Source of the DNA: Chloroflexota bacterium | GTDB lineage: Bacteria > Chloroflexota > JAJPGV01 | Reading direction: 5' to 3' | Length of the DNA: 64,000 nucleotides | Assembly (NCBI GenBank): GCA_021325635.1 | Contig: JAJPGV010000056.1 | Span: 67,037 to 131,036 of the forward strand | Part shown: positions 49,936 through 59,759 of the stretch, piece by piece | Position numbering within the stretch: the first letter of the stretch is position 1 | Layout of the letters: every line of letters starts with the position of its first letter | Position numbers and translations under genes: made by a program | Notes under the pieces: model-generated | The model's input: only the letters and a program-made list of their open reading frames with translations | Databases searched by the model: none | What the model was told of the DNA's origin: nothing

Positions 49936-50226
49936 ATGATCGAGTCGTTCGCGGACGACACGACCAGCGATATCTACAACGGACTGGACACCAGGCATGC
50001 AAGGCGAATACCCCTGCAGCTACATCCGGTGGTCAGGCGCAAGCTCGACTACCTGGAGGTGGCGCGAACGCTCGACGATCTACGCGTACCACCAGGCAAC
50101 CGGCTTGAGGCGCTCAAAGGCGACCAGCGCGGTCGTTACAGCATCCGCGTCAACGACCAGTACCGCATCACGTTCAGGTTCGAACGCGACACGGCAACCG
50201 AAGTCCGCTGTGAGGACTATCACTAG
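49936..50226 (+). CDS. higB: HigB toxin (RelE/ParE superfamily)
   Basis: MIESFADDTTSDIYNGLDTRHARRIP...RLEALKGDQRGRYSIRVNDQYRITFRFERDTATEVRCEDYH matches the HigB family; start at M11 of the track ORF. Confidence 0.8.
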   Translation: MIESFADDTTSDIYNGLDTRHARRIPLQLHPVVRRKLDYLEVARTLDDLRVPPGNRLEALKGDQRGRYSIRVNDQYRITFRFERDTATEVRCEDYH

Positions 50227-50252
50227 CCGCCTGAGGTCAGGAGAGTAACGCT

Positions 50253-50561
50253 GTGCTGCCAACCAATCGACCGCCCACGCATCCGGGCGAGATGCTGCTC
50301 GAGGAGTTCCTGAAGCCCCTGGGGCTGCCCCAAGCACAGGCTGCTCGCCGGATGGATATCAGCATCAACCGGCTGAACGAGATCGTCCATGGGAAACGCG
50401 GCATCACCGCCGAGACCGCCCTCAAGCTGGCGGCGCTGCTTGGCACCACGCCTGAGATCTGGATGGACCTCCAGACACGCTGGGACCTTTACCAGGCACG
50501 CGAGCGTCTTGGAGAACCCAAGATAGAGCTTGTGCGGGAATCCGCTCCACTGCGCGCCTAG
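50253..50561 (+). CDS. higA: HigA antitoxin (XRE-family HTH)
   Basis: HPGEMLLEEFLKPLGLPQAQAARRMDISINRLNEIVHGKRGITAETALKLAALLGTTPEIWMDLQ is the HigA/VapI family signature. Confidence 0.8.
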   Translation: MLPTNRPPTHPGEMLLEEFLKPLGLPQAQAARRMDISINRLNEIVHGKRGITAETALKLAALLGTTPEIWMDLQTRWDLYQARERLGEPKIELVRESAPLRA

Positions 50562-50637
50562 CCCGCCGACCCCCCAGAGCGGCAAGGCCTGAACATCAGG
50601 CAGCGGACTGTCAGCGGCTAACTACTCCTTTGGCGAG

Positions 50638-51867
50638 CTAACCGGCTGTGTCGCGTGGTGTGTTGCGTCGGCGGCCAGTGGTCGGTGGAGTGGCCAGCAG
50701 TTGTCCCAGACGATCGGCGGCCGCCTCTGCCAAACCCGGCACAGCATGGCCGTAGGTGTCGAGCGTCATCTTGATCGAGCTATGCCCGAGCATCTCGCTC
50801 ACGACTTTCACGTGAATGCCGGCCGCCATGAGCAGGGTCGCCCCTGTGTGCCGCAGGTCGTGGACGCGCATCCTCGGCACATTCGCCTCCACCAGCATCT
50901 TCTCGAAGTTTCGAGCGAGGGTCGATTGCCGCACCCGCTCACCGAACTCATTGGTGAACACGAATCCCTCTTCATCGACCCATGCTCCGCGGTTCGTATC
51001 CCGCATCTTGGTTTGCCAGCGCTGCTGGATCTTCAGGAAGCGCACGGCCTCATCAGAGAGCGGGATTTGCCGCCGCTTGTGTTTGTTATTGCCAGCCTGA
51101 ACGATCGTTCCGTCCTGAAGGCGTGCCTTGGTCAGGTGGGCGACGCGCTTCTTAAGGTCCACGTCGCGCCAGCGCATGCCGCCCCACTCAGACTCGACGC
51201 GTAAACACGTCAGCAGCGCCAACGCGAGCATCGTTCCGTGAGGGGCACCGTTGCGATCAAATACGACGAGCAGTCGTTTGGCTTCCTCCTGGCTGGCCCA
51301 GTGCGACTCGAACCGCGTGACCGACGGAGCCTTGACATCCTGGGCGACATTTCGTCCAAGCAAGTCGTGCCTGACGCCCCAGTTCAGGGCGACCTTCAAC
51401 GTCCCGAGGCTGTTCTTCACTGACTTGGCCGAGAGGGCCCGCCGTCGTGCTCCCGGGCGCCTGCGGGCTCTGGCGCCCGGTTCCGCAGAAGGGATCGGAG
51501 ACAGCAAGGCATCCCGGGCCTTCTCGACCTCACTGGCCGTTAGATTCTTGAGGCGCAGAGCGCCGATTTCGGCCCGCCAATAGCGGATGTCCACTTTGTA
51601 CGCGGTGATCGTGCTCGGGCTCTTCGCCGTCTTTTCGACGTCGGCCAGCCAACGATCGAGGAAGGCGTTCACCGTTATACCGGAAGGGGTAAGCACGCGC
51701 CGCTGTTCTCCCTGCGTCAGCAGTTCAGCTCGTTTGGCCCTGGCCTGACGCAGCGTCGCACCTTCCGGCAGTGTCTCGGTGTGCTGCGTGCCGCGCACCT
51801 TGACCATGACCACGTAGTGGCCGCTACGGCGAAAGATGCCCGGCTCGACTCGCTCCCGAGGATTCAT
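50638..51867 (-). CDS. int: Tyrosine-type site-specific integrase
   Basis: 409 aa; C-terminal catalytic box VHDLRHTGATLLMAAGIHVKVVSEMLGHSSIKMTLDTYGH (R..H-x-x-R...Y). Confidence 0.9.
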   Translation of the reverse strand: MNPRERVEPGIFRRSGHYVVMVKVRGTQHTETLPEGATLRQARAKRAELLTQGEQRRVLTPSGITVNAFLDRWLADVEKTAKSPSTITAYKVDIRYWRAEIGALRLKNLTASEVEKARDALLSPIPSAEPGARARRRPGARRRALSAKSVKNSLGTLKVALNWGVRHDLLGRNVAQDVKAPSVTRFESHWASQEEAKRLLVVFDRNGAPHGTMLALALLTCLRVESEWGGMRWRDVDLKKRVAHLTKARLQDGTIVQAGNNKHKRRQIPLSDEAVRFLKIQQRWQTKMRDTNRGAWVDEEGFVFTNEFGERVRQSTLARNFEKMLVEANVPRMRVHDLRHTGATLLMAAGIHVKVVSEMLGHSSIKMTLDTYGHAVPGLAEAAADRLGQLLATPPTTGRRRNTPRDTAG

Positions 51868-52145
51868 GCGGACTCGCGCTCCTGCTGGTCAGCATACTGT
51901 TCTCCCGCGCGAAGAAAAGCCATGAAGTCCGACCATTTGATGCGTATCTCGCCAGCTCCGTCGCACCACCGCGACGCGGCGAGCTTGCCCTTGTGGATCT
52001 GCTGATACACCCACATCGTGCTGCGGCACATGTAGGCGGCCACCTGGTAGACCGAGACATAGGGCAGCGGGTTAGCCAGATCCACCGGCCTTCGCAGCAG
52101 CTCGCGCACCGACGGCGCCTTTGGACCGCTGGTTTGAAGTGTCAT
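51864..52145 (-). CDS. xis: Excisionase / DNA-binding HTH protein
   Basis: 93 aa, overlaps the integrase start by 4 nt; YVSVYQVAAYMCRSTMWVYQQIHKGKLAASR has an HTH_17/Xis-like pattern. Confidence 0.55.
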   Translation of the reverse strand: MTLQTSGPKAPSVRELLRRPVDLANPLPYVSVYQVAAYMCRSTMWVYQQIHKGKLAASRWCDGAGEIRIKWSDFMAFLRAGEQYADQQERESA

Positions 52146-52221
52146 GGCATTGACCAGTCAGGCGCGAGCCAGACCTGCACGCGTTGTATCCGTGCCGCCG
52201 AGCACGTCGGGGAAGACCGGG

Positions 52222-54069
52222 TCATGATGCAATGGCGCTGCGCTGGCGCATGCCTGCGCCCGGTTGGGCGACCCGACTCTTTGCCCTGGGGAGCCAGCAA
52301 CAGCGCTCACCGAAGCCCCCTGTCGGCGTACGCCAAATTTGACCGAGTACGCCATCCGGATCGCGCCTGATCCGCCATTCGGTGGTGAGCAGGATGCGCA
52401 GCGGGCACATCCTGCCGACCGAGGCTGCTCGCGCGGCTCGCGCGATGCGGTCTTCGGCAGCATTACCGACCGTCACGACCAGAATCAATGGGACGCCGGC
52501 GTAGTCGTGTTCCAGCCGACCCGTATCGCGCATGTCGTAATGGGCGCCGAATTTCTTGAGGTACTGGCCGGGCTTTTCCGACCCGCGATCGTATTCGAGA
52601 AAGAAGCCGTGCAGCTTGCCGTCGTGACGGTACAGGCCATAGCCATCGGGGTAGAAACCGCGGCGGCAGACCTCGGCCGGGCTCTGCCATTCCTCCAGTG
52701 CGTCGGCCGTCCCGTTGGCTGCCTCACGGCGCGCGGCGCGGCACAGGTCCACGAACACCCGGTTGGCCCCGATAGTGTGGTCCAGGTGATCGGCCAGATG
52801 CTTGCGCCAGCGGCTGGGGCGGTCCGGTCCGCCGCCGATGATGGTGCTCTGGTTGGACGCGCCCGAGACGCCGGAACGGCGCTGGGCGGCGACCAGCCTC
52901 AGGCCCTGGCGGGTCAATTCGAGACGGCCTGCCGCATCAGGGTGGCCGCGCCGCTCCTGTTCATCGAGACGTCGCAGCAGCCCCTGATGGACCAGCCGCT
53001 GGCAGCGCTCGGATGTCCGCCTGCAGGTCCAGCCGAACAGGACGGCGATCTCCTCTGGCGTCAGGAAAGGGTGGCGGCCAAGCAGCTGCAGGATGGCGCG
53101 ATCCGGACGGGTCAACGCCAGGTCCAGCGCGCCGCGATGCGCGGGCCCGATAGCGGCCTCACCCTCTAGATCGCCGAGGTCGCCTACCAGGCTGGGAACG
53201 TCAGCGCCCGGGCACACGGCCTTCAATGGCGGGAGCGGTTTGCGCTGCGGCGTACGAACGGTCGCGACGTGGCCGCCGCCGATGTGGCGGGTCAGGATTC
53301 CGGGCAGCTCCGCCCAGGTGCCGACACAGGCCGGAATGGGCGCTTCCCGACGGGCTTGCTCGAGGTCGCGCAGCAGCTCCGTCCAGCGAGCCACGCGGGC
53401 TGCGGCGCTGCTGGCGATTATCAGCAGCGGTAGCTCCTGGCGGTCGTAGGCACGCTTGGCCAGCAGCCGGTCCAGCGCCTGGCGGTAGCGGCGAATAGGT
53501 GTCCCGGTGACGTCCGGCAGCAGCAGAAAGCTGGCGCTCCGGCAATTCCAATCGAAGGTGGCCAGCGCCGGAAGCGCCAGGCTGAGTGGCCGCTTGTAGC
53601 CGGGCACCATGGCTCGCCAGCGCCACGGGCAAGCAAACGCGACCAGCTGCGGGTCACCCGGTCCGGCCAGGGCTAGCTGGCCCAGCAGCTCGTAGACCGC
53701 AGCGAGCTGATCCAGCTGCGGGACGAGGGCCAGGAGGTCGTTACGCCGCAGGCCGTTGCGCCGAGCGAGCTCGCGGACGTCCACTTCCTGGTCGACTGCC
53801 AGCGTGGCCAGTCCCAGGTCGGTGAGGTAATGGCGGCGCGGCCCCGGCGTCCCGGCCTGCGGCGGGCGAATGCCGCCCACCAGGCCGGCCTCGCGCAGCC
53901 GCCGCAAGCAGCTGTAAACGCTCGATCCGTAGCTGACGCCCGAGACATGCTCGAGGACGGTCTCGGTGGCCAGCGGCAACGTGCCCAGCAGCAGCATCGT
54001 ACGCCGATCGTTCGATTTCAACTCCCGCGCTCGTCGTCCTGCGTCCTCCCATTTCCCTCGCGGCGTCAT
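52222..54069 (-). CDS. Replication-relaxation (Replic_Relax, PF13814-like) family protein with an N-terminal winged-helix region
   Basis: 615 aa; C-terminal FYPDGYGLYRHDGKLHGFFLEYDRGSE...YDMRDTGRLEHDYAGVPLILVV resembles the Replic_Relax domain of actinobacterial conjugative plasmids/ICEs; N-terminal half has HTH-like segments. Confidence 0.55.
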   Translation of the reverse strand: MTPRGKWEDAGRRARELKSNDRRTMLLLGTLPLATETVLEHVSGVSYGSSVYSCLRRLREAGLVGGIRPPQAGTPGPRRHYLTDLGLATLAVDQEVDVRELARRNGLRRNDLLALVPQLDQLAAVYELLGQLALAGPGDPQLVAFACPWRWRAMVPGYKRPLSLALPALATFDWNCRSASFLLLPDVTGTPIRRYRQALDRLLAKRAYDRQELPLLIIASSAAARVARWTELLRDLEQARREAPIPACVGTWAELPGILTRHIGGGHVATVRTPQRKPLPPLKAVCPGADVPSLVGDLGDLEGEAAIGPAHRGALDLALTRPDRAILQLLGRHPFLTPEEIAVLFGWTCRRTSERCQRLVHQGLLRRLDEQERRGHPDAAGRLELTRQGLRLVAAQRRSGVSGASNQSTIIGGGPDRPSRWRKHLADHLDHTIGANRVFVDLCRAARREAANGTADALEEWQSPAEVCRRGFYPDGYGLYRHDGKLHGFFLEYDRGSEKPGQYLKKFGAHYDMRDTGRLEHDYAGVPLILVVTVGNAAEDRIARAARAASVGRMCPLRILLTTEWRIRRDPDGVLGQIWRTPTGGFGERCCWLPRAKSRVAQPGAGMRQRSAIAS

Positions 54070-56792
54070 TGTCTAGTCTCCCCGCGCCGAGGTCTGGACG
54101 CGGAGGACCTGGCCTCGCCTGTCGGTTCCGGTTTATGGCCATTGGCTGAGGGTGCATCGTCTGCCGTCTGCCGGTCGGGCACCGTCGCTTGGTGCGGCTC
54201 GGCACGGCGGCGGCCCTTGCGATGCTGGTTCCGCGCACTCGTGCCGTCCGGCGGCGGCGTGTCTGACTGCGCCGGCGAATCTTTGGCCACGCCGCCCTCG
54301 TCCGGCACTTGATGCAGAGCGTCGATGCGTTCGAACGAGGCCAGGTATTCGGCCTCGACGTCGTCGATGTCCCGACCATAGCGCTGCGCGGACGCAGCCG
54401 CCAGCCGCTGTCGTAGTGCCGGATGGCTGGCCGGCGGCGGATCCAGCTGCAGCGAAAACGCGGGCAGGCGGTCGCCATCGACCGAAATACGTACGTAACA
54501 GTGGTGCTCCGGGAGAGACACCAGGTCGTCGATGTCGACCTGTGGCCCCAGCTCTGGCACGAGGTAGGCGGCGTCCTCGGCGCTGACGTTGAACACGAAC
54601 AGGCCGTCGATGTTGCTGAACAGCGTCGCCCGCAAAGCGCGCTCGAGGTCGCGATCGACCACATCGAGACGGGCCAGACTCTGCGTGGCCAGAATGAGAT
54701 TGGCGCCGTACTTGGCCAGCTCCGAGACGATCGACTCGTACGAAATGCCGGGCATGATGTGCATCTCGTCCACCAGCAGGGTCAACCGCCGGCGCTGCTG
54801 TCGATCCAGTCCGGCCTGCTCGGCCAGTGCGATGGACACCAGGTTGACCAACACCGAGCCGAGCAGGCCGGCAGTGTCTTCGCCCAGTGTGCCGGCAGCG
54901 GTGTTGACGATGACCACGGCGCCCGAGGCGACCCAGCTCTTGGGGTCGATCGTCGAGCAGGACTGACCCACGATGCCACGGGCGACCATGCTGCCGGCGA
55001 ACTTGTGGATTTTGGTTTGCACCGGGTTGATCACCTCAGCCTGCAGGTGCCGGTCCATGGTGTCGAAATACTTGGTCCACCAGCGCGGGATGTCGGGATC
55101 GTTGGTCAGCGCGATGACCGATCGCCGAAACGCCGGGTCGACCAGCAGTTCGGGGACATGCAGGATGGTGTATTGGCGCCGCCGGCCGGTCCTGGGATCG
55201 CCGGCGCAGATCGCCTCATTGGCCTGGTACAGGGTGCGCAGCGCGTAGCGAAAGGCGCTCTCCATACGCGGCCCCCAGTTGCCGCTGAACTCGCGGCGGA
55301 AGATGGTCAGTGCGGCGTTGACCGCGCTGTCGATGTTCCAGCCGAGGCCAGCGTCGATGAGGTTCAACCCGAAGGGCCGGGCCTCGTTCGACGCGTCCAG
55401 GTAGACCACGTCGGGCTCCCGCTGCGGGGGAACGAAGCCAACCACGTCGCGCGCCAAGTCCTGGTGGGGGTCGATGACCAGCAGCGCCGGCCGGTTGCCG
55501 GCGGTCGACGGTCCTGCCATCAGGTGGGCAAGGATCAGCTCCATCAACGTGGACTTGCCGCGGCCGGTCTTTGCGACGGCCATCATGTTCCGGCGCAACT
55601 GCTCTTCGGACAGAGCGACCGGCACGTCGTGCCCGTGGTGGCGGGATGCACCGATGCGGCAGCCGCGAGACAGCGCGAACGGCAGCGGCAGGTAGCGCCT
55701 GGCACTCGTCCGCTCCAGGAGGGGAACGTCGGCGTCGCCGTTGGGCAGATGCCACAGGCCGGCCAGCTCGCGCACGTTGAGCACCGGCAGCTTGCTCGGA
55801 CTCAGGAGCGGTGCGGTGGAGCTCAGACAGCGGCCCTCGGTATTGGCCGGGCGCGGCACGAAGCCGTTGCCGCTGGCCAGGCTGAATTGACGATAAGCCG
55901 CGGCCACACGCAGAAGCTGGGCGTCGAGGTCAATCGCTGGCAGGTCCGCCGGGGCGAAGACGGTCAGGCGCAGCTCGGCCAGATAGGCAACGGGCTCGAT
56001 CTTGTCCTGGACCAGGCGCATGTCGTACAGCTGGCGTCGCCCCAGCTTGCCCTTGAGGGCGAGCAGCCCGCCGGCGCCGCCAAAGCCGCCGACGGCCAGC
56101 GCCGCGAGCTTGAGCCACTCGCTGGCCTCGTACCAGGAGTAGCCCTGGAAGCCGGCCAGGCCAACCGCCAGCAGGCCGGCCAGGGCGTAGACACCGGTCA
56201 GCGAGGTGTCGGCATCGGAGAGGCGCTGCTCCGGTGCGAGCGCATGCTCGATGGCCAGCCGCTGGTAGCCACGGCACCAGTCGTCGGGCGCTGGCCGCAG
56301 CACCAGCTGCGACAGCGCGCGCCAGCCCTCCGGTAGATTGCCCAGGGAGGCCAGCAGACCGGCCATGGGGTCTGGTCGGGCCGTGCCGGGCGGCGCATCG
56401 CTGTCGGTAAAAGTTCGCAGCGGCAAGTAGCCCGGCGCCCGCAGCAGCATGACGCACGATCGGGCTTGTTCGTCCGGCCCGGAGTGGGCCGGGTCGAGCC
56501 CGGGGTAGCGCGCGATGTCAAGCGGTCGCAAATCTGATTGTGGGTAGGCCGCGGCCAGCTGGTCCTCGGCGTGCTGCTGCATGGCCGGACTCTCCGACCG
56601 GGCCACAAACCAGCGCGACTCCCGGGTCGCGGCGATCTCCAGCGAGAAGGGTTCGGCCAGGGACAGGGCGGCCAGGAAGTTCTCCGCGGCCGCGATCGAG
56701 GAGATGCTGGTTCTGGGGGTCACGATTTCACAGAGCCGCGGCCGGAAAATGCCCGGTAGGCGGCGCTCAACGGCTAGACGCATGATGTTCAT
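54066..56792 (-). CDS. Type IV secretion coupling protein (VirD4/TraD/TraG-like, FtsK-HerA superfamily ATPase)
   Basis: 908 aa; N-terminal TM helices; Walker A AKTGRGKSTLMEL, Walker B LTLLVDEMH; long acidic/basic C-terminal tail. Confidence 0.8.
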   Translation of the reverse strand: MNIMRLAVERRLPGIFRPRLCEIVTPRTSISSIAAAENFLAALSLAEPFSLEIAATRESRWFVARSESPAMQQHAEDQLAAAYPQSDLRPLDIARYPGLDPAHSGPDEQARSCVMLLRAPGYLPLRTFTDSDAPPGTARPDPMAGLLASLGNLPEGWRALSQLVLRPAPDDWCRGYQRLAIEHALAPEQRLSDADTSLTGVYALAGLLAVGLAGFQGYSWYEASEWLKLAALAVGGFGGAGGLLALKGKLGRRQLYDMRLVQDKIEPVAYLAELRLTVFAPADLPAIDLDAQLLRVAAAYRQFSLASGNGFVPRPANTEGRCLSSTAPLLSPSKLPVLNVRELAGLWHLPNGDADVPLLERTSARRYLPLPFALSRGCRIGASRHHGHDVPVALSEEQLRRNMMAVAKTGRGKSTLMELILAHLMAGPSTAGNRPALLVIDPHQDLARDVVGFVPPQREPDVVYLDASNEARPFGLNLIDAGLGWNIDSAVNAALTIFRREFSGNWGPRMESAFRYALRTLYQANEAICAGDPRTGRRRQYTILHVPELLVDPAFRRSVIALTNDPDIPRWWTKYFDTMDRHLQAEVINPVQTKIHKFAGSMVARGIVGQSCSTIDPKSWVASGAVVIVNTAAGTLGEDTAGLLGSVLVNLVSIALAEQAGLDRQQRRRLTLLVDEMHIMPGISYESIVSELAKYGANLILATQSLARLDVVDRDLERALRATLFSNIDGLFVFNVSAEDAAYLVPELGPQVDIDDLVSLPEHHCYVRISVDGDRLPAFSLQLDPPPASHPALRQRLAAASAQRYGRDIDDVEAEYLASFERIDALHQVPDEGGVAKDSPAQSDTPPPDGTSARNQHRKGRRRAEPHQATVPDRQTADDAPSANGHKPEPTGEARSSASRPRRGETRQ

Positions 56793-57915
56793 TCCTTTCT
56801 GTGGTTGCCACCGATTGCCCCGTTCGGGCCTGTCGGTTGGTTTCGATGAGGTCTCGGAAACGGCGTTCGCCGTCGGGCTGGCAGGCCAGACTGTTCAGGT
56901 CCAGGCCGTCGGGCAGACGGGCGGGCTGGAGTCGGTCGCCCAGCTCCACCGCGAACCTGGCGGCCGCTTCGTGGCCGGCGCCATCGCCGTCAAAAACGGC
57001 ATGCACCATCTCGGCCATGGCCAGGAAGCCAAAGCGATCGGCCGGCATTCGTGTGCCCGACACGCAGCAGGCAGCGAAGTGCCAGGTCAGCGCCGTGAGG
57101 AAGTCGAAGACGCCCTCGCACAGGATCACCTCACGCTGCCCGGCCGCGCGTTCCAGGCCCAGCACCGGCCGTTCGCCCGGCAGCGCCAGGTACTTCGGAC
57201 CGCGTTGCGACTGGCAATCCGCCGGGTCGCGGTTCGCGAGGACGCGGCCGATGAACCAGATGGGCAGGCCCCAGCGCAGCTCGGGTACGACGATGCGTCC
57301 GCCCAGCACCTCGCGCCTCGGCCGGTGCTCCCTGCCCGGGTCGGCGGGCCAGATCAGGCCCAGCTCCTCGGCCAGCTGCAGCTGTGGCTCGCTGGTCAGC
57401 GTGGCGGCGAAGGATCGGCCATCCGAGTAGCCGATGGCACAATCGCGGATGACCCGGTCGGACAATCCGCGCCGGCGCACATAGCTCAGGGCCGCCTCGT
57501 CGTGCCACAGCAGGCGCTCATACACCCGTGTCGCGTGGGTCATAAGCGCCTGCTGGTCCAGCGTGAGTCGCTCCCACCTGTGCTGGCCACGCGGTTGCGA
57601 ACGCGCCTGCCACTCCCGGGCCGGAGAAGGCGGCCGGGCTTCGATCCAGGCGCAGGCAGCCTTGAAGTCCAGCCGTTCCTTCAGCTGGACTAGCTTGATC
57701 ACGTCGCCGCCGACGCCGCAGCGGTAGCAGTACCAGCTGAGGTCGAGCGGATAGACGTACAGGTTGGGACGGCCCTGGTCGTCGTGGAGCAGGCAGCGCC
57801 CGACCAGCGCCCGCCCGACAGGGCGGAGGTCGACGCCGTAGCTGGCCACGACGTCCTCGACGCGATGGCTGCGCTTGAGGGTCGCGACATCGATGAGTCG
57901 GTTGTCCTGACGCAT
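56767..57915 (-). CDS. DNA primase (CHC2 zinc finger + TOPRIM)
   Basis: Start M157 of the track ORF (overlaps the virB4 stop by 1 nt); CLLHDDQGRPNLYVY...WYCYRCGVGGDVI (CHC2), then TOPRIM EGVFDFLT and DGDGAGHEAA (DxD). Confidence 0.8.
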   Translation of the reverse strand: MRQDNRLIDVATLKRSHRVEDVVASYGVDLRPVGRALVGRCLLHDDQGRPNLYVYPLDLSWYCYRCGVGGDVIKLVQLKERLDFKAACAWIEARPPSPAREWQARSQPRGQHRWERLTLDQQALMTHATRVYERLLWHDEAALSYVRRRGLSDRVIRDCAIGYSDGRSFAATLTSEPQLQLAEELGLIWPADPGREHRPRREVLGGRIVVPELRWGLPIWFIGRVLANRDPADCQSQRGPKYLALPGERPVLGLERAAGQREVILCEGVFDFLTALTWHFAACCVSGTRMPADRFGFLAMAEMVHAVFDGDGAGHEAAARFAVELGDRLQPARLPDGLDLNSLACQPDGERRFRDLIETNRQARTGQSVATTERNEHHASSR

Positions 57916-59759
57916 CACGCCGCCTCCAGGTCTCCGCCCATCGCACCGGGCGGCTGGGGCTCCGAGGCCTGGGCCAGCTCCTGCGGCGAGGTGGTGACCA
58001 GACGGTGCTCCAGTGGCGCCGCTTCGACCTGCAGGGGTACGTGCGAGCCCCGCGCGAAGAACAGCCCCTCTCCCTTGCCGGCTCCGAGCAGAAACTGGCG
58101 CTCCTGGTCGGACAGCTGGAAGGCTTCGACGACCGGCCCGATCGTGCTCGAGTCCTGCTTCATCAGCAGTTTGATGGCGGCGTTGGTCAGCACCGTCCGG
58201 CCGTGGACCGAGTCCAGGAAGTCGCTGACGTCCTGGGTGACCGTTACCAGGCCGAGGTAGTACTTGCGCGCCCGCCGCGATAGGCTGGCCAGGAAGGCAC
58301 CGCCGGCTTCGTACTGCATCAGCTTCCAGGCCTCGTCGGTGATGAGCAGCCGCGGCCGCCGCGAGCGGCGCACCTGGGTCCACACGAAGCTGGTGATCAG
58401 GTGCACGCCCAGCGCCTGCAGCTCCTCTTCCAGCGCCTGGGTGTTGAAGACGACCATGCTGCGGCTGAGGGCCACGTTGGTCGGACCGGCGAACAGGCCG
58501 GCCAGTGACCCTTCGGTGTAGCGCCTGAGCCGTCCCGCCAGGCTGGCGGGGATGTCGCCCGCGGTGCTGGCCAGGACGCGGCCGAGGTCGCGCATGAGCG
58601 GCACCGGCCGGTCATGGGTGGCCGGGTCCGGCGTGATACCCGCTTCGGCGTAGGCCTGATACAGCGCCCGGTCAAGGACGGCCCGCTCGTGGGTGTCGAG
58701 TGAGCCCTGGCGCTCGGCCAGCATCAACTCCAACAGGCTCAGCACGGCGGCCACCTGCTCGGCCAGCGGATCGCGTCCTTCCTCGTCGTCGCTGGCAGCC
58801 GGCGGCAGGTCGAACGGGTTCAGGTGCTGGCCCGACGAGCTGGCCAGGCGGATGTACTGCCCGTCGGCCGCCGCGCAGACGCGCCGGTATTCGTCCTCTG
58901 GGTCAATGACCAGGAAGTCGACGCCGGTGAACAGCGTGCGCAGCGCCAGCAGCTTGCTGAAGTACGACTTGCCGGCCCCGCTCTTGGCGAAGACCACCAG
59001 GTTGGCGTTCTCCAGCGACTGGTCGAACGGATCGAACAGGATCGGCGAGCGGTTGTGGCGATTGACCCCGAAGAACACGCCGTCCGGCATCGACAGCGAG
59101 CTGGAGGCGAAGGGGAAGGTCGTGGCCAGCGAGCTGGTGTCCAGGTTGCGATAGACGAGCAGCTGATCCAGCGCCTGCGGCAGACAGGATTGAAAGCCCG
59201 GAGCTTGCTCCCAGGTGGTGACCCGGGAGGCCGCCAGCATGCCGCCGATGGCCACCCTCACCCGCCGGCTCAGGTCGTCCAGCGCCGACTCCGAGCCGGC
59301 TCGCAGTAGCACGTAGATGCTGACCGAGAACACCCGTTCGTCGCCCCGCTGCAGCGCGTCGCGCAGCCGCTCCATGTCCTGGTAAGCGATCTCGCGCTCG
59401 CTGTCGGGAATGCGCTTGTTGCGAATGTCGATCTGACGGGACGACTCGAGCTGCACCATGCGGTGCGTCAGGGTCTTGACCATCTGCGCGCTCTCCAGGG
59501 GATGCACGTGGAGACTGATCTCGATCGGTTCCTCGAAGTCGATGAGTGGGCTGAGCCAGCCAGGCGCGACGGTGCGCGGGTAGCCGGTGACCGCCAGGGT
59601 GCGAACGTACTGGCCATCGAGGCGCATGAGATCGCGCCGGACCTCGATGCTGCCGGGGGCGATGACGTCGGCCTCCGTCCGGCTGCCGTTGGCGAAGCGC
59701 TCCTCGTCGTTGGTGAGGCCCACGCGGACCGTGGGGCGGCGTTTGAACCGCAGAATCAT
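57915..59759 (-). CDS. VirB4/TrsE/TcpF-like conjugative transfer ATPase
   Basis: 614 aa; N-terminal CagE_TrbE_VirB-like segment (IEVRRDLMRLDGQYVRTLAVTGYPRTVAPGWLSPLIDFEEPIEISLHVHPLES), Walker A VVFAKSGAGKSYFSKLL, Walker B LLITDEAW. Confidence 0.85.
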   Translation of the reverse strand: MILRFKRRPTVRVGLTNDEERFANGSRTEADVIAPGSIEVRRDLMRLDGQYVRTLAVTGYPRTVAPGWLSPLIDFEEPIEISLHVHPLESAQMVKTLTHRMVQLESSRQIDIRNKRIPDSEREIAYQDMERLRDALQRGDERVFSVSIYVLLRAGSESALDDLSRRVRVAIGGMLAASRVTTWEQAPGFQSCLPQALDQLLVYRNLDTSSLATTFPFASSSLSMPDGVFFGVNRHNRSPILFDPFDQSLENANLVVFAKSGAGKSYFSKLLALRTLFTGVDFLVIDPEDEYRRVCAAADGQYIRLASSSGQHLNPFDLPPAASDDEEGRDPLAEQVAAVLSLLELMLAERQGSLDTHERAVLDRALYQAYAEAGITPDPATHDRPVPLMRDLGRVLASTAGDIPASLAGRLRRYTEGSLAGLFAGPTNVALSRSMVVFNTQALEEELQALGVHLITSFVWTQVRRSRRPRLLITDEAWKLMQYEAGGAFLASLSRRARKYYLGLVTVTQDVSDFLDSVHGRTVLTNAAIKLLMKQDSSTIGPVVEAFQLSDQERQFLLGAGKGEGLFFARGSHVPLQVEAAPLEHRLVTTSPQELAQASEPQPPGAMGGDLEAA

